Positions 12,433 to 25,196 of a stretch of DNA of 64,000 nt are shown here, piece after piece. The DNA lies in NCBI GenBank assembly GCA_051294905.1, contig CM119371.1, positions 5,520,001-5,584,000 of the forward strand, given 5' to 3'. Under the pieces are notes generated by a model. It had not been told where the DNA came from. It searched no databases and was given only the letters and a program-made list of their open reading frames with translations. How positions within the stretch are numbered: the first letter of the stretch is position 1; every line of letters begins with the position of its first letter. Source of the stretch: Botryllus schlosseri (lineage: Eukaryota). The translations under genes were made by a program, and so were the position numbers.

Positions 12433-13099
12433 AAACGATGCTAAAAGACCGCATCTGCTAATCCAATCGAGCTCTGAGGATGACGATATAGCCACGGAAA
12501 AAGGCAAAAAATGTATGGGAAAGCGCCGCAAAATGCCGGAAATTTCTTCAACAGTTACCTATCAGAGAGTTCCGATTTTCACTACATTTAAAGCACCGAT
12601 CCCGGAAATGTTATCGGAAGAACAAAGCGAAGATATTTTTGAACACATTAGGAACATTTGCGTAAGCTCGCTAACCAAATCAAATGAGGAGCAGCAACAC
12701 CTTCGTCGTCACGGGCTTTTTATGCTATCAAAGAATCATGACAGGTTGAGAAAGCATGGCTATACAAATGATCTTTGGGAATACAATGACGTAGATTCGG
12801 TGTGTAAGTACGTCAAGTCGAAACTTTGTTTGCTGAGGACGTTTGCGAATAAATCAAACGCATCCGGCCGAATACTTCCGAGACCAGGGGAATTAACAAT
12901 CGAGGTAATCAACCCTGGCGTCATTGGAGAAAACTGTGATGTAATGAAATTTTTGAAACCAGATTTCAAAGTCCATTCATATTTTAGACTTGTAATTTTG
13001 ATTGAAATTATAATTAAACTAACCATGGTAAAAAAAAATCTCAACTACAAAGACGCTGAAGATCTTCTAGGATGTTATTCAACGATGGTAATAAGTTGA
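12433..13099 (+). CDS. Terminal exon of the element-encoded protein, unrecognised domain
   Basis: Acceptor TTTCAG|A at 12432. The frame is open into ORF 12515-13099 and phase-compatible with the exon ending at 11318. Contains a basic NLS-like stretch (KKCMGKRRK). Confidence 0.7.
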
Positions 13100-13307
13100 A
13101 TAATAGAAGCGCTACAATTTTGAATAAGCTTTCCCGTATTCGTTATGTTGTTGTTGTTGTTATCTTGTACATTCTTACAGTTCGAAAAATATGATAAAAT
13201 CGGAATTGCTAGAATGTTGTTTTATTGTTCCGGCTGTATCATTAGTGGAGGCTATGTACACTGGATAAGAGGACAGAGCAGAGCCATAAATCACGCGCTC
13301 TAAACCG

Positions 13308-16300
13308 AAGGGTCGAACTGGGGCCCTAATTGTGTCCGGATTACGGAAATTTCGAAAATGTCAAATTTCAATTCGATTCTAATGAGATATATGTAGAGTC
13401 CGAAGCCTAATTCGTTTTGAAATGGATTCTACTAGTCTAGCCAATTCCATCAATACCAAAATTATTATTCAAGTCGACGTCCCAAGGGTTGAACTGGGGC
13501 CATAAGTGTGTCCGGATTATCGAAATTTCGAAAATGTCCGATTTCAATTCGATTCTAATGAGATATATGTAGAGTCCGAAGCCTAATTCGTTTTGAAATG
13601 GGTTCTACTAATCTGGCCGCTTCTATCGAGACTAAAATTATTATTCAAGCCGACGTCCCAAGGGTCGAACTGGGGCCGTAAGTGTGTCCGGATTATCGAA
13701 ATTTCGAAAATGTCCGATTTCAATTCGATTCTAATGAGATATATGTAGAGTCCGAAGCCTAATTCGTTTTGAAATGGATTCTACTAGTCTAGCCGATTCC
13801 ATCAATACCAAAATTATTATTCAAGTCGACGTCCCAAGGGTCGAACTGGGGCCATAAGTGTGTCCGGATTATCGAAATTTCGAAAATGTCCGATTTCAAT
13901 TCGATTCTAATGAGATATATGTAGAGTCCGAAGCCTAATTCGTTTTGAAATGGATTCTACTAGTGTAGCCGATTCCATCAATACCAAAATTATTATTCAA
14001 GTCGACGTCCCAAGGGCCGAACTGGGGCCATAAGTGTGTCCGGATTATCGAAATTTCGTAAATGTCCGATTTCAATTCGATTCTAATGAGATATATGTAG
14101 AGTCCGAAGCCTAATTCGTTTTGAAATGGATTCTACTAGTCTAGCCGATTCCATCAATACCAAAATTATTATTCAAGTCGACGTCCCAAGGGTCGAACTG
14201 GGGCCATAAGTGTGTCCGGATTATCGAAATTTCGAAAATGTCCGATTTCAATTCGATTCTAATGAGATATATGTAGAGTCCGAAGCCTAATTCGTTTTGA
14301 AATGGGTTCTACTAATCTGGCCGCTTCTATCGAGACTAAAATTATTATTCAAGTCGACGTCCCAAGGGTCGAACTGGGGCCATAAGTGTGTCCGGATTAT
14401 CGAAATTTCGAAAATGTCCGATTTCAATTCGATTCTAATGAGATATATGTAGAGTCCGAAGCCTAATTCGTTTTGAAATGGATTCTACTAGTGTAGCCGA
14501 TTCCATCAATACCAAAATTATTATTGAAGTCGACGTCCCATGGGTCGAACTGGGGCCATAAGTGTGTCCGGATTATCGAAATTTCGAAAATGTCCGATTT
14601 CAATTCGATTCTAATGAGATATATGTAGAGTCCGAAGCCTAATTCGTTTTGAAATGGGTTCTACTAATCTGGCCGCTTCTATCGAGACTAAAATTATTAT
14701 TCAAGTCGACGTCCCATGGGTCGAACTGGGGCCATAAGTGTGTCCGGATTATCGAAATTTCGAAAATGTCCGATTTCAATTCGATTCTAATGAGATATAT
14801 GTAGAGTCCGAAGCCTAATTCGTTTTGAAATGGGTTCTACTAATCTGGCCGCTTCTATCGAGACTAAAATTATTATTCAAGTCGACGTCCCATGGGTCGA
14901 ACTGGGGCCATAAGTGTGTCCGGATTATCGAAATTTCGAAAATGTCCGATTTCAATTCGATTCTAATGAGATATATGTAGAGTCCGAAGCCTAATTCGTT
15001 TTGAAATGGGTTCTACTAATCTGGCCGCTTCTATCGAGACTAAAATTATTATTCAAGTCGACGTCCCATGGGTCGAACTGGGGCCATAAGTGTGTCCGGA
15101 TTATCGAAATTTCGAAAATGTCCGATTTCAATTCGATTCTAATGAGATATATGTAGAGTCCGAAGCCTAATTCGTTTTGAAATGGGTTCTACTAATCTGG
15201 CCGCTTCTATCGAGACTAAAATTATTATTCAAGTCGACGTCCCAAGGGTCGAACTGGGGCCATAAGTGTGTCCGGATTATCGAAATTTCGAAAATGTCCG
15301 ATTTCAATTCGATTGTAATGAGATATATGTAGAGTCCGAAGCCTAATTCGTTTTAAAATGGGTTCTACTAATCTGGCCGCTTCTATCGAGACTAAAATTA
15401 TTATTCAAGTCGACGTCCCAAGGGTCGAACTGGGGCCATAAGTGTGTCCGGATTATCGAAATTTCCAAAATGTCCGATTTCAATTCGATTCTAATGAGAT
15501 ATATGTAGAGTCCGAAGCCTAATTCGTTTTGAAATGGATTCTACTAGTGTAGCCGATTCCATCAATACCAAAATTATTATTGAAGTCGACGTCCCAAGGG
15601 TCGAACTGGGGCCATAAGTGTGTCCGGATTATCGAAATTTCGTAAATGTCCGATTTCAATTCGATTCTAATGAGATATATGTAGTGTCCGAAGCCTAATT
15701 CGTTTTGAAATGGATTCTACTAGTCTAGCCGATTCCATCAATACCAAAATTATTATACAAGTCGACGTCCCAAGGGTCGAACTGGGGCCATAAGTGTGTC
15801 CGGATTATCGAAATTTCCAAAATGTCCGATTTCAATTCGATTCTAATGAGATATATGTAGAGTCCGAAGCCTAATTCGTTTTGAAATGGGTTCTACTAAT
15901 CTGGCCGCTTCTATCGAGACTAAAATTATTATTCAAGTCGACGTCCCATGGGTCGAACTGGGGCCATAAGTGTGTCCGGATTATCGAAATTTCGAAAATG
16001 TCCGATTTCAATTCGATTCTAATGAGATATATGTAGAGTCCGAAGCCTAATTCGTTTTGAAATGGGTTCTACTAATCTGGCCGCTTCTATCGAGACTAAA
16101 ATTATTATTCAAGTCGACGTCCCATGGGTCGAACTGGGGCCATAAGTGTGTCCGGATTATCGAAATTTCGAAAATGTCCGATTTCAATTCGATTCTAATG
16201 AGATATATGTAGAGTCCGAAGCCTAATTCGTTTTGAAATGGGTTCTACTAATCTGGCCGCTTCTATCGAGACTAAAATTATTATTCAAGTCGACGTCCCA

Positions 16301-16426
16301 AGGGTCGAACTGGGGCCATAAGTGTGTCCGGATTACCGAAATTTCGAAAATGTCCGATTTCAATTCGATTCTAATGAGTTGTATGTAGAGTCCGGAACCT
16401 AAATCTTTTAAAAAAGTGTTCTACTA
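13308..16426 (-). repeat. 176-bp tandem array in right TIR (~17.5 units, inverted relative to left array)
   Basis: Reverse-complement motif CATAAGTGTG at 13501 ... 16317 (17 copies, one a variant, period 176), plus a degenerate innermost unit at ~13308-13340. Confidence 0.97.
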
Positions 16427-19400
16427 TTCGTCGTGATCATATATTCGAGAAAATGATGATTCTTCGTAGCAGCCGCCGGTGTCAAATCATTCCCGCACTC
16501 TTCGAAATATATTTATACCCAAGGATAGTCGATAGACATGGTCTGTTGAGCGTTATCACCGACACATTTCTTACGATTCAACTGCAAAATATTCAGTCAA
16601 ACGGCTGTGTAGTAGGTATCTCTTCGTCTTCTTAAAATTGTTTTTTCGTGATAATACCTGGAAATACACCCGAAAACGGTCGTTTACGTGCATTTGTCAT
16701 TGAATACATCACCAAGAAACAGTATGGCAAGAGGTTCCTGAATATGCCGATGTAATTTCCAAAGCACAAAATGTAATGACACCCGAGTATATTTTCATGA
16801 TTCACACAATCACCGATTTTCGCCAAAAATTCTAATAGAATCACAGTGGTACCTGAGGTCTCGCATACCCAGTCATAAGGCAGACCTTATGCAGTCATAG
16901 CGACACCGTAGGGTTGTACGGCGGCAAAAAAGTAAAAAGCAGAACTGCTAGCCAGGAAATATTCTTTCTAATATTTTTTTTCGTGAGACAATCTTAGGGT
17001 GTCGTTCTTTTGATGCACTGTTGACTATAGGTACCAATATTTTGTAGTGATGTGCCAGGCGTATATTGACGTGGATTTTCGTATTCTATGTTACTCTTAC
17101 TGGGCAATAATTTTAGGCCATAGAAGGCTTGTTGATTAGCGCAAGACTTCGTCATGTTAGTAAAGATTGAAAACCACTGATCTAATATCAGTTTCGCAGA
17201 TTAATAAATCTTTCATTCCACATCTTGCATAGTTATTAACATTAGCTTTTTTATGATCGACGAAATAAAAAAAAAACTGTCGTCTGTTTTGTTGTCTTTG
17301 CGTCTTTTGTTTACGGCTCATTGACCTCGGCCGCAATATAGATGGGTGATTCCCGTCTGTCTGAGTAGATATTTGATTGCTCACTGCTCACGCTCAGTGA
17401 AAGTATAGATTACTAACCTCAGAAAGTTAGTAATCTATTGCAAAAGTATGATTCAGATTACTGATATTATAAAGAAGAAGCTATATAATTTATGACATAA
17501 CCTTTTACCAGTGTCAAAGACTAATACCAATTATCCCACGCGACTTGTTTTTCTCAGTTTGCGAATTATCATCAAATTATCTCTCTGGACTAGACATCGA
17601 GAAATTAGGATGTTACCGTCACCGCTTATGATCAGTGCCGCTATTATAATTCCATTCTGCCTGAGGACCTCAAGTTGAGGTTCTGTGCAGACTTCTACAA
17701 ATTATTGAACTGGTTGGTTGACGGTCAATTAATCATCGCTCTGAACCCTGATTGGAATCGCTGGTTTTTTTGCCTGATATATCAGGTGAGCAGCGATGAT
17801 TTTCCAAGTTGAAGTAATTTAATGAAAAATAATTAAAAAATGAAATGAGCACAGGACACCGATTCCAAACAGGCTCTGAATTAGTAACCGAGATGGCACG
17901 ATGATACCATCACCGCAAATCATCATCCATTTCTCTACTATATTTTTATCTGTTTTACTTGAGGTTCTGTGCAGACCTCTACAAACTACCTAACGGTATC
18001 CAGTTAGTTAGCTAATTGCTGGTATTTTGAGTAGATCAAGTTTCATATCAATCAGTAGCGTACTTTGAAAATTCCCAGTTGTATAGTTCTATAGTTGTGC
18101 ATTAAAAAAAAAAAAATTGCCAAACCATGATAGAAAACACGTGTCATAATTTAGTATGAATCGTGATACCCGTGTTCTGTTGTTGTGCCATTAGCAATGG
18201 TCCATTGCAGGCTCACAATCATCGCTACTAACAGGGATGTAGCCTGAGGTTATAGTTCCAGTTCTGGCTGTCTAGTCTTCTATAAGCCTAGTCTTTGAAC
18301 TACAAGTATAAAGTATGAATCAAGTTTGTTAAACAACAACATATTTTTTGGACAACCTAACTATTACGGTATATCAACTAACCAGTAAAATTTTTCAAAA
18401 AATGGTATTTTTAAACAACATAATAAACCTTGTTTTGGTATCAGTTTGTCTGTCTGTTAATACACGATATTTCATTTTCCAGACTGATTTGTATTTGATT
18501 TCACTATAATGTAAGATAAAGTTGAGATCGCTACTAAAGAGATCCCGTAGTTGTGTGTGATGACTCTACTGGGAAACGATACATTTCTTGGCAAACGGGG
18601 ATTTGCGAAATGCTTCAAAAATCACGCAAGTCGGAACAAAATGAGTTTTTGCTAGTAAAATTGTGCTGAAGGTGAGTGAAGTTTGTTAACGCGAGGAATC
18701 TATATGTGACTGGTAGGCCTATATGTTGTATGCACCAATGACTTCTGGTGAAAACAAGGATTTGGTCTGAAACTTGCAAGTTGTTATTCAACTTTGAACT
18801 GAGAGGGGTTTCGGCCCCACACCCACACCTTGCTAAGCCCTGTTAGTAATAACGTCTCTGAGCTAGCAATGAATGCGACAATATCACACAACAAAACACC
18901 GGCAGCAAGATTTGTGTCAACTAATTGTAGGGTAAGTAATTTTGTTTCAATGCGCATCTAGAACTAGAGCTATCAAAAAGCCATTAGCTAATTATACTTG
19001 ACCATCAACAAACTAGATGGGTAGTTCATGCAAGACTATATAGTTATGTAACTGGATTTGCATTGACAGCTGAATAACCTCTTCGTGAACAACAACATGG
19101 AGGTGAAGATTGGAAATTTTGGACAAGCTACCAAAGTCAACTTTGACAACCAAACAAAGAACACTTTTTGGGCCACACCAAACTATATTGCCCCGGAAGT
19201 TCTCGTCAAGAATGGACACAGTTTCAAAATGGACACCTTTTGGCTGGGATGTGTTTTGTGAGTATGGTGCATCACTCATCTAGGACTTACTAAAATGGGC
19301 TGCAACGGTCTTAGGTGTAGAAATGGGTAAAATCGAGCACATGAGAAATTTAATTCTGAATCACTTATTAGTCTTCGACTCGAGTATCACTCGTTATGAC

Positions 19401-19655
19401 TTCATATTATTCACGCCATATGAGTGATGCTCCTACATAGGATATGTCTAATATCAAACCTATAGGCATCATTCCATGTCATTTTTTATTGGCAAGGTTC
19501 ACTGATACGCTAAATTTGTTGTCAGATTTGACCAGTCAGGTTGAGAAACACCGATTCAGATGTGCCTAACAAATAATATTCTCTAGCAATCCAATTAGCT
19601 TTTCATTTTGTTGTCAGTCATAGGTGGAAGTTTATAAAGGACGATGAGTCATCAC

Positions 19656-20489
19656 TAGGGCTATTTTTTTTGACATGTCAAAAAAAGTCAAAATTAGGTC
19701 AAAATTGTAGCGTTAGGTCAAAATTTGTCAAAATTGTTTACAAAGTCAAACATTTTTTGACCTCTGCATTTCGTTTGCATCGTAGATTTTGCGCTGTCAG
19801 TGAAGTTATCATTTGATATTTTACAGCTTGTGGCCTACTTTATAGGCCTACCGTTGTAAACGGCCCATCGTCTGCTCAATGTGAATCATAAACGGTAAAA
19901 TGAAACAAATAGTACCATGGTTTTATGGTCAACGTACCCAATATCCTAACTGAAGCAAGAATGCTTGGACATTGATGTTCTTACTTCAAGAATCGCAAGC
20001 TGAAAAATTGTGATATAGATAACATTGTCAGAATGAAGCAACACGGTGTGTCACCAGCAGTGTGCACATAACTTCAGTGTTGTCAGCCAACAACTGCTGC
20101 TATTGAACGTTCTTTCTCCATTCTTGACAAATTATACTTAATAAGGACAGATACTTTCTACCGGAGAATGTAGGAAAGTATCTTTCGTTGTACTACAGCA
20201 AATATTAATTAATTCCACCATAATAGGCAACGTGATGTAACTACTGGAATTCTTCATTGGGTCAGATTTCGTTGAAATATTAGTTTTTTATGTAAAAATT
20301 TGTCAGTTTTTGAGCCAAAAACGTTTTTTCAGGCCAATTTACTCTGTAAGAACAGACAGTTCTAACCAGAAATGAAAATAAGTAATAGGCTGCAATTTCA
20401 ACATTATGTGCGAAAACACCTAATTTGCATACGTGAGGTCAAAATTTGGTCAAATTTCAGTTTTTTTAGGTCAAAACAAAATCGCCCTA
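19656..20489 (+). mobile_element. Non-autonomous hAT element (TAGGGC termini, TTTGACC-rich), copy 1
   Basis: TAGGGC...GCCCTA termini; exact TSD GTCATCAC; internal decayed 'PTTAAIERSFS' hAT dimerisation remnant; interrupts a PLK exon. Confidence 0.9.
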
Positions 20490-22199
20490 GTCATCACGTA
20501 ACCAGAGACTTGTTATTACATGCAACAGATTCTGCTTGGTGATGTTTATCTTCACGGAATATCAAGGTAACATAGAAAGGACTTTTAAAAACTGCTGGAT
20601 TTATTGAAATGCGCTACTAATACTAGAACTAGACTGCCTACTCCCTTTTCGAAATTTTCAACTACAACTAGAACGAACGACTTAGAATCCACAACTAACT
20701 ACTTGAACTAAAACGTGACTTACTGAATTGTAATGATGTAGGAAATAAGAACAGCAAACGACAGCTAAACGGTATTACGATTCACACCGAACGCGTTTTC
20801 TAGTTGTCGGACAATTAAACTCATCAAATCCAAACTAGAACTACAGTACTAAAAAATCGGTTGTTTGTTGGTCATCAATTAATGCGTTTGGAAATTTGTA
20901 CAATTCTGGATGCTTGTGTAACTAAATGCAAAATTTGTATTGACAGCTTAAGAATTTATTCCTGAGCAACAACATGACGATGAAGACTGGATATTTTGGC
21001 CTAGCTACCAATGTCGACTTTGGAAGCGGACCAAAGAACACGTTTTGCGGCACATCCAACTATACTGCCCTGGAAGTTCTAGGAAAGTAAGGAAACAGTT
21101 TCAACGTGGACATCCGGTCGATGGGCTGTGTTATGTGAGTGTGATACAACATTGGGGTTGCAAGGTTCTTAGGTGTAGAGATGGAAAATATCGCGCACCC
21201 GAGTAATTCGACTCTGAATCGAGTCGAGTATTTGAGTAGCATTCATGACAGCGTTAATAGCATTATGACTGAACTGCAAAACTCAAGTATGTACTTTTAT
21301 GCAACTACAAACAATGTAATGCCAGTCCTACATCATATTCGATACAATTTTTTGTATTTTTTCGGCAGTGCTGTGGGTTGATTCTTTCCGAGATATGTCA
21401 TTTCCACTAACGTCTGTAGTATTGTACCACATATCTCGTATGATGTTATATGATCAATCGCTACTTCATGGCTTCCACACTGGAAAATCATATCAAAACT
21501 ATACCTCTAGTTGATAGATTTCCTCTTGGTGGCCAGGAGCGTATCATTTTAAAACTAAAAAACACATCTCTCGCTTGTCAACTCCAATCATTAGAATTGA
21601 TGCTTAACTCAGATTCCAATATCCGAATCACTATGCCGGTCCTAGCCACGAGCTTCCCACTTTATAACTCGATGCAGATTTTTTCATCACCCTAGGTATA
21701 CATGGTTGGCCGGTAAGCTACCACACTGGATTTTCAAACTGAACAACCATATAACGACTCAATATCCAAAATGTACAACTATAACTAGAAGCCTACAACT
21801 ACTTACTTTTCCGAGTCCACAATTAGACATAGAGCTAGTCAGAGAAAGATTCAGTTTGTTGCTCGTCACATAACTAGATTGACCATTTATGCGAATCGCA
21901 ATTTCAGGCAATGACCATCAGAAAGACAAAATTTCAAGACATCAGTCTCCGTCGCAGCTGGAATCACAAGCACATTGGATTTCACGGATTTTTCCAAGAC
22001 GATAATTTTTTCGTCATCATTCTCGAGTTGTGCAAAAGAAGGGTAAGAACATTTCCTTGTTACAGCTGCAATGTCTCTCAAACTGTTGAGGTCGGAATTG
22101 CATCAGCTATGTAATGATCGTTACTAGCAGATTTGGACAACTAGATAATCGAGTATTACATTTTGAGTGGCGTCCTACTCAAATCTCATTCATGATAAC

Positions 22200-22810
22200 T
22201 AGAGCACGGCCGATATCGTATATTTGAGCCGATAACGATAAGTAGCACCTTCACTGATACGCCCGATATACTCGGCCGATAACAAAATAATATGGCAACT
22301 AGGTTGAGGAACATTTCCAAACCTTCAGAGCCTTTATTGGAACAACTTTGCTTGTTGCTATAATCCTGTAAAGTGGTCAGTAAAAAGAGTACTTCTACTT
22401 TGTCAGAATACTAAAGAAGATTTTGATGTGGCGTAGACATGCACTATTTCTCAGATCACCTAAGGGGATATTATTTTGAACTACTAGCATACCTCTATGT
22501 AACAGTTTTTTTGCAAAACTAGTCCTAGAATACCTACTTTATAGCCTACTTCAAAATCGCTACTTCTGCTTGTACTTCAGTAAAATTACCACGTTACTCC
22601 TGTACTCGAGTATCAGTGATGACTATTTTGACCACTTGTAAGTAATAACAAATCGATGAATATTCCCAGTGTAGCAATCGCAGATCATAGTTCTCCGACT
22701 GCCTGCTACCATGTCGTGCTGTCATGGAAATTGCTGATATTTTTTTACCTTTCATGGCCGATATCTTTCGAACAATAATACAGACTCGATATGATTGGCC
22801 AAACAATATA
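22200..22810. mobile_element. Decayed MITE(s): CCGATA-rich element with nested AGTA/TACT-rich segment
   Basis: TAGAGCACGGCCGATATC start, repeated CCGATA motifs at both ends, and an internal block of TACTT motifs at ~22380-22600; no clean TSD. Confidence 0.4.
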
Positions 22811-24946
22811 ATCTGCCGGGTAATCAGGATACCTTATTAAAATATACACCTCCTGACACTCCTGCCACCAGTACCTGGTATTTGAATTCCAGGCATTGCT
22901 GCGGATGATCACCAGGAAGACAAAATGTCAAGAGATCATCTTCATCACAGTTTGAAATCACGAGCACGTCGTTGGATTTCATGGATTCTTCCAAGACAAG
23001 GTTTTGTCTACATCGTTCTAGATATGTACAAAAGAAGGATAAAAGCATTTCCTTGACACAACTGTACTGTCTAGCCTATCTAACTATAGCGCTCACAAAT
23101 GTATCAGCTCTGTAATGCTCCTTACTAGCAGACTTCAACAAGTAATTGATAATAATTTAACTGATTTGTGGTGCATTTCGTTTGCGAATTCAGTAATTCT
23201 AGGCTAATTTCTATAACAAAATTACGTCAGTGTAATTCTAATACCAAGTACAAGTGGAAAACCAGCTGTAATTATAATTATCATCTTATTGAGAAAAAAA
23301 TTGTGTAGGCTACATATCATTTTGATTCTAAGCCAGTTTGGAAAAGGCTCAAAATTTTCTTGATTTTTTTTATTCAATTCTGATCATTAGGGCTGGGCAC
23401 AATCATTCCAGTAGAGATATGAAGTTTTAGAATTCTGAAGTATATGCCACAAAAGCCAACAATAAAACCAACTGAACTAACTGAGAGTTATGAATTCAAA
23501 TGCATTTTCCACTGTGTATATCTGTAAACCCAGATTGGTCTTATTGCAGTATACAAAAAATTGTAGTACAAACTCTACCCACGTTAGTGGAAAAGTCATA
23601 TCTGTGTTGTCGTAATCAACCTACAGCAATGTCACAGACTGCAAGAAATAGGTACCACATCGGTATGATTATAATATACAAATTATCTTTATCTTCGCAA
23701 TTTGAATTAGAACTACAACTACTCTCTTTTCAAAACTCTGAATACCAACTAGAACTACCCACTTTGCAACAACTGGAACTATAACGACTGTTGAATATCT
23801 GCAACTAACTTAACTAAAAACACGACCAACTAATAATAATTGATTATACGCATAACTGAATTGCGTATGGGCCAAGAAATATCAGAGATAGCATCAGCTC
23901 TTCAAAAGAACGGGGTTTCTAGTTTGAAATGAGAGTGGATTCGAGTTCGATCCCAAACCAGGCTATGCTTATTTTAGTAGTGAAGACTCTGAGCTAGTAA
24001 TGGCTGCAAGAACATCACAAAACAGAACACCGACAGTAAGATATGTGTCGACTAGTTGTTTGTAAACTATTTTTTTAATGTGCTTCTAGAACTTGAACTG
24101 CTCATAAAAACCAGTAGCTAGTTGATCACAAGCAACTACATTGGCAATTTGTACAAGTCTATATAGTTGTGTGACTGTATTTGTCTTGGCAGCTGGACGA
24201 CCTCTTCCTAGACAATAACATGGAGTTGAAGATTGGAGGTTTCAGCCTAGCTACCAAAGTTGACTTTGACATCCGAACAAAGAACACTTTTTGCGCCACA
24301 CCCAACTATGTTACCCCGGAAGTTCTCGGCAAGAATGGACATAATTTCGAGATGGACACCTGGTCACTGGGATGTATTTTGTAAGTATGACCCAACACTC
24401 ACCTGGGACTTACTACAAGGGATTGCAAGGTCCTTAGGTGTAGAGGTGACTAATTCAAATACATCAGCAGTTTCATTTTGAATCGAGTATCAATCTTTGA
24501 CTCTAGTATCTGAGTATCAATCATTATGACGCCATAACAGTATGAATGATTTGAAAGTTGCAATATGTACATTTTCTGCGACCACAGAGAATATAATGCC
24601 AGATCACACTAAGGATGATTTGTTATTTTTTGGGCCATACCTATTTCATCTCACTTTGTGACAATGTTGTGTGTTGATCACTACCTCCCAGAAATGTCAT
24701 TTCCACTAACACTGCACATTTCTTAGCTGCGATATGACCCATCGATGTTTACAGCCTTCCTCTGTGGAAAATGTTATTCAAACTATAATTCTTGTTGTTC
24801 AATTTACTCTTAGTGGCAAGAAGCGTATCATTTCAGAACTAGACAAAATCATCTCACTGCTCCTTTACAGCTTGCGATCTTATCAAAACGTATGTTATAG
24901 CTGAGACTTGGAGTTGGTATTCTGAAATTTTTTCTAATGTGCTCTG

Positions 24947-25196
24947 CAGTGTTGGAATGACCGAATCAACTAATTCAAGTGTCTTAACTTAACTCGAGTC
25001 ACCATCAAAACATGAGTGACTTAACCTAACTCAAGTCTCCTTCAAAAAATAAATGACTTAAATTGACTCGAGACACAATCAAAAATCGAGTAACTTGGAC
25101 TTGTGTGAAAAAAAACTAGTAGCTTGACTCGATTTAACATGTGTAATGACTCGATATGACATGCGGCTCAAACATAGTAAATCGTTCCCAACTCTG
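24947..25196. mobile_element. GACTCG-rich MITE
   Basis: CAGTGTTGGAA...TTCCCAACTCTG imperfect TIRs around repeated GACT(T/C) motifs. Confidence 0.6.

Larger units (their letters stand above)
4017..16850 (+). mobile_element. Foldback-type Mutator-like (MULE; FB-NOF/Phantom-like) DNA transposon with multi-kb satellite-containing TIRs, transposase and Ulp1-like protease
   Basis: Termini ACCACTGTGATTCTATTAGAA (4017) and TTCTAATAGAATCACAGTGGT (16850) are inverted. Exact 8-bp direct repeat ACCTGAGG at 4009-4016 and 16851-16858. The outer ~450 bp of the TIRs differ at only ~5 positions. Internal ORF has MULE DDE motifs. Confidence 0.92.
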
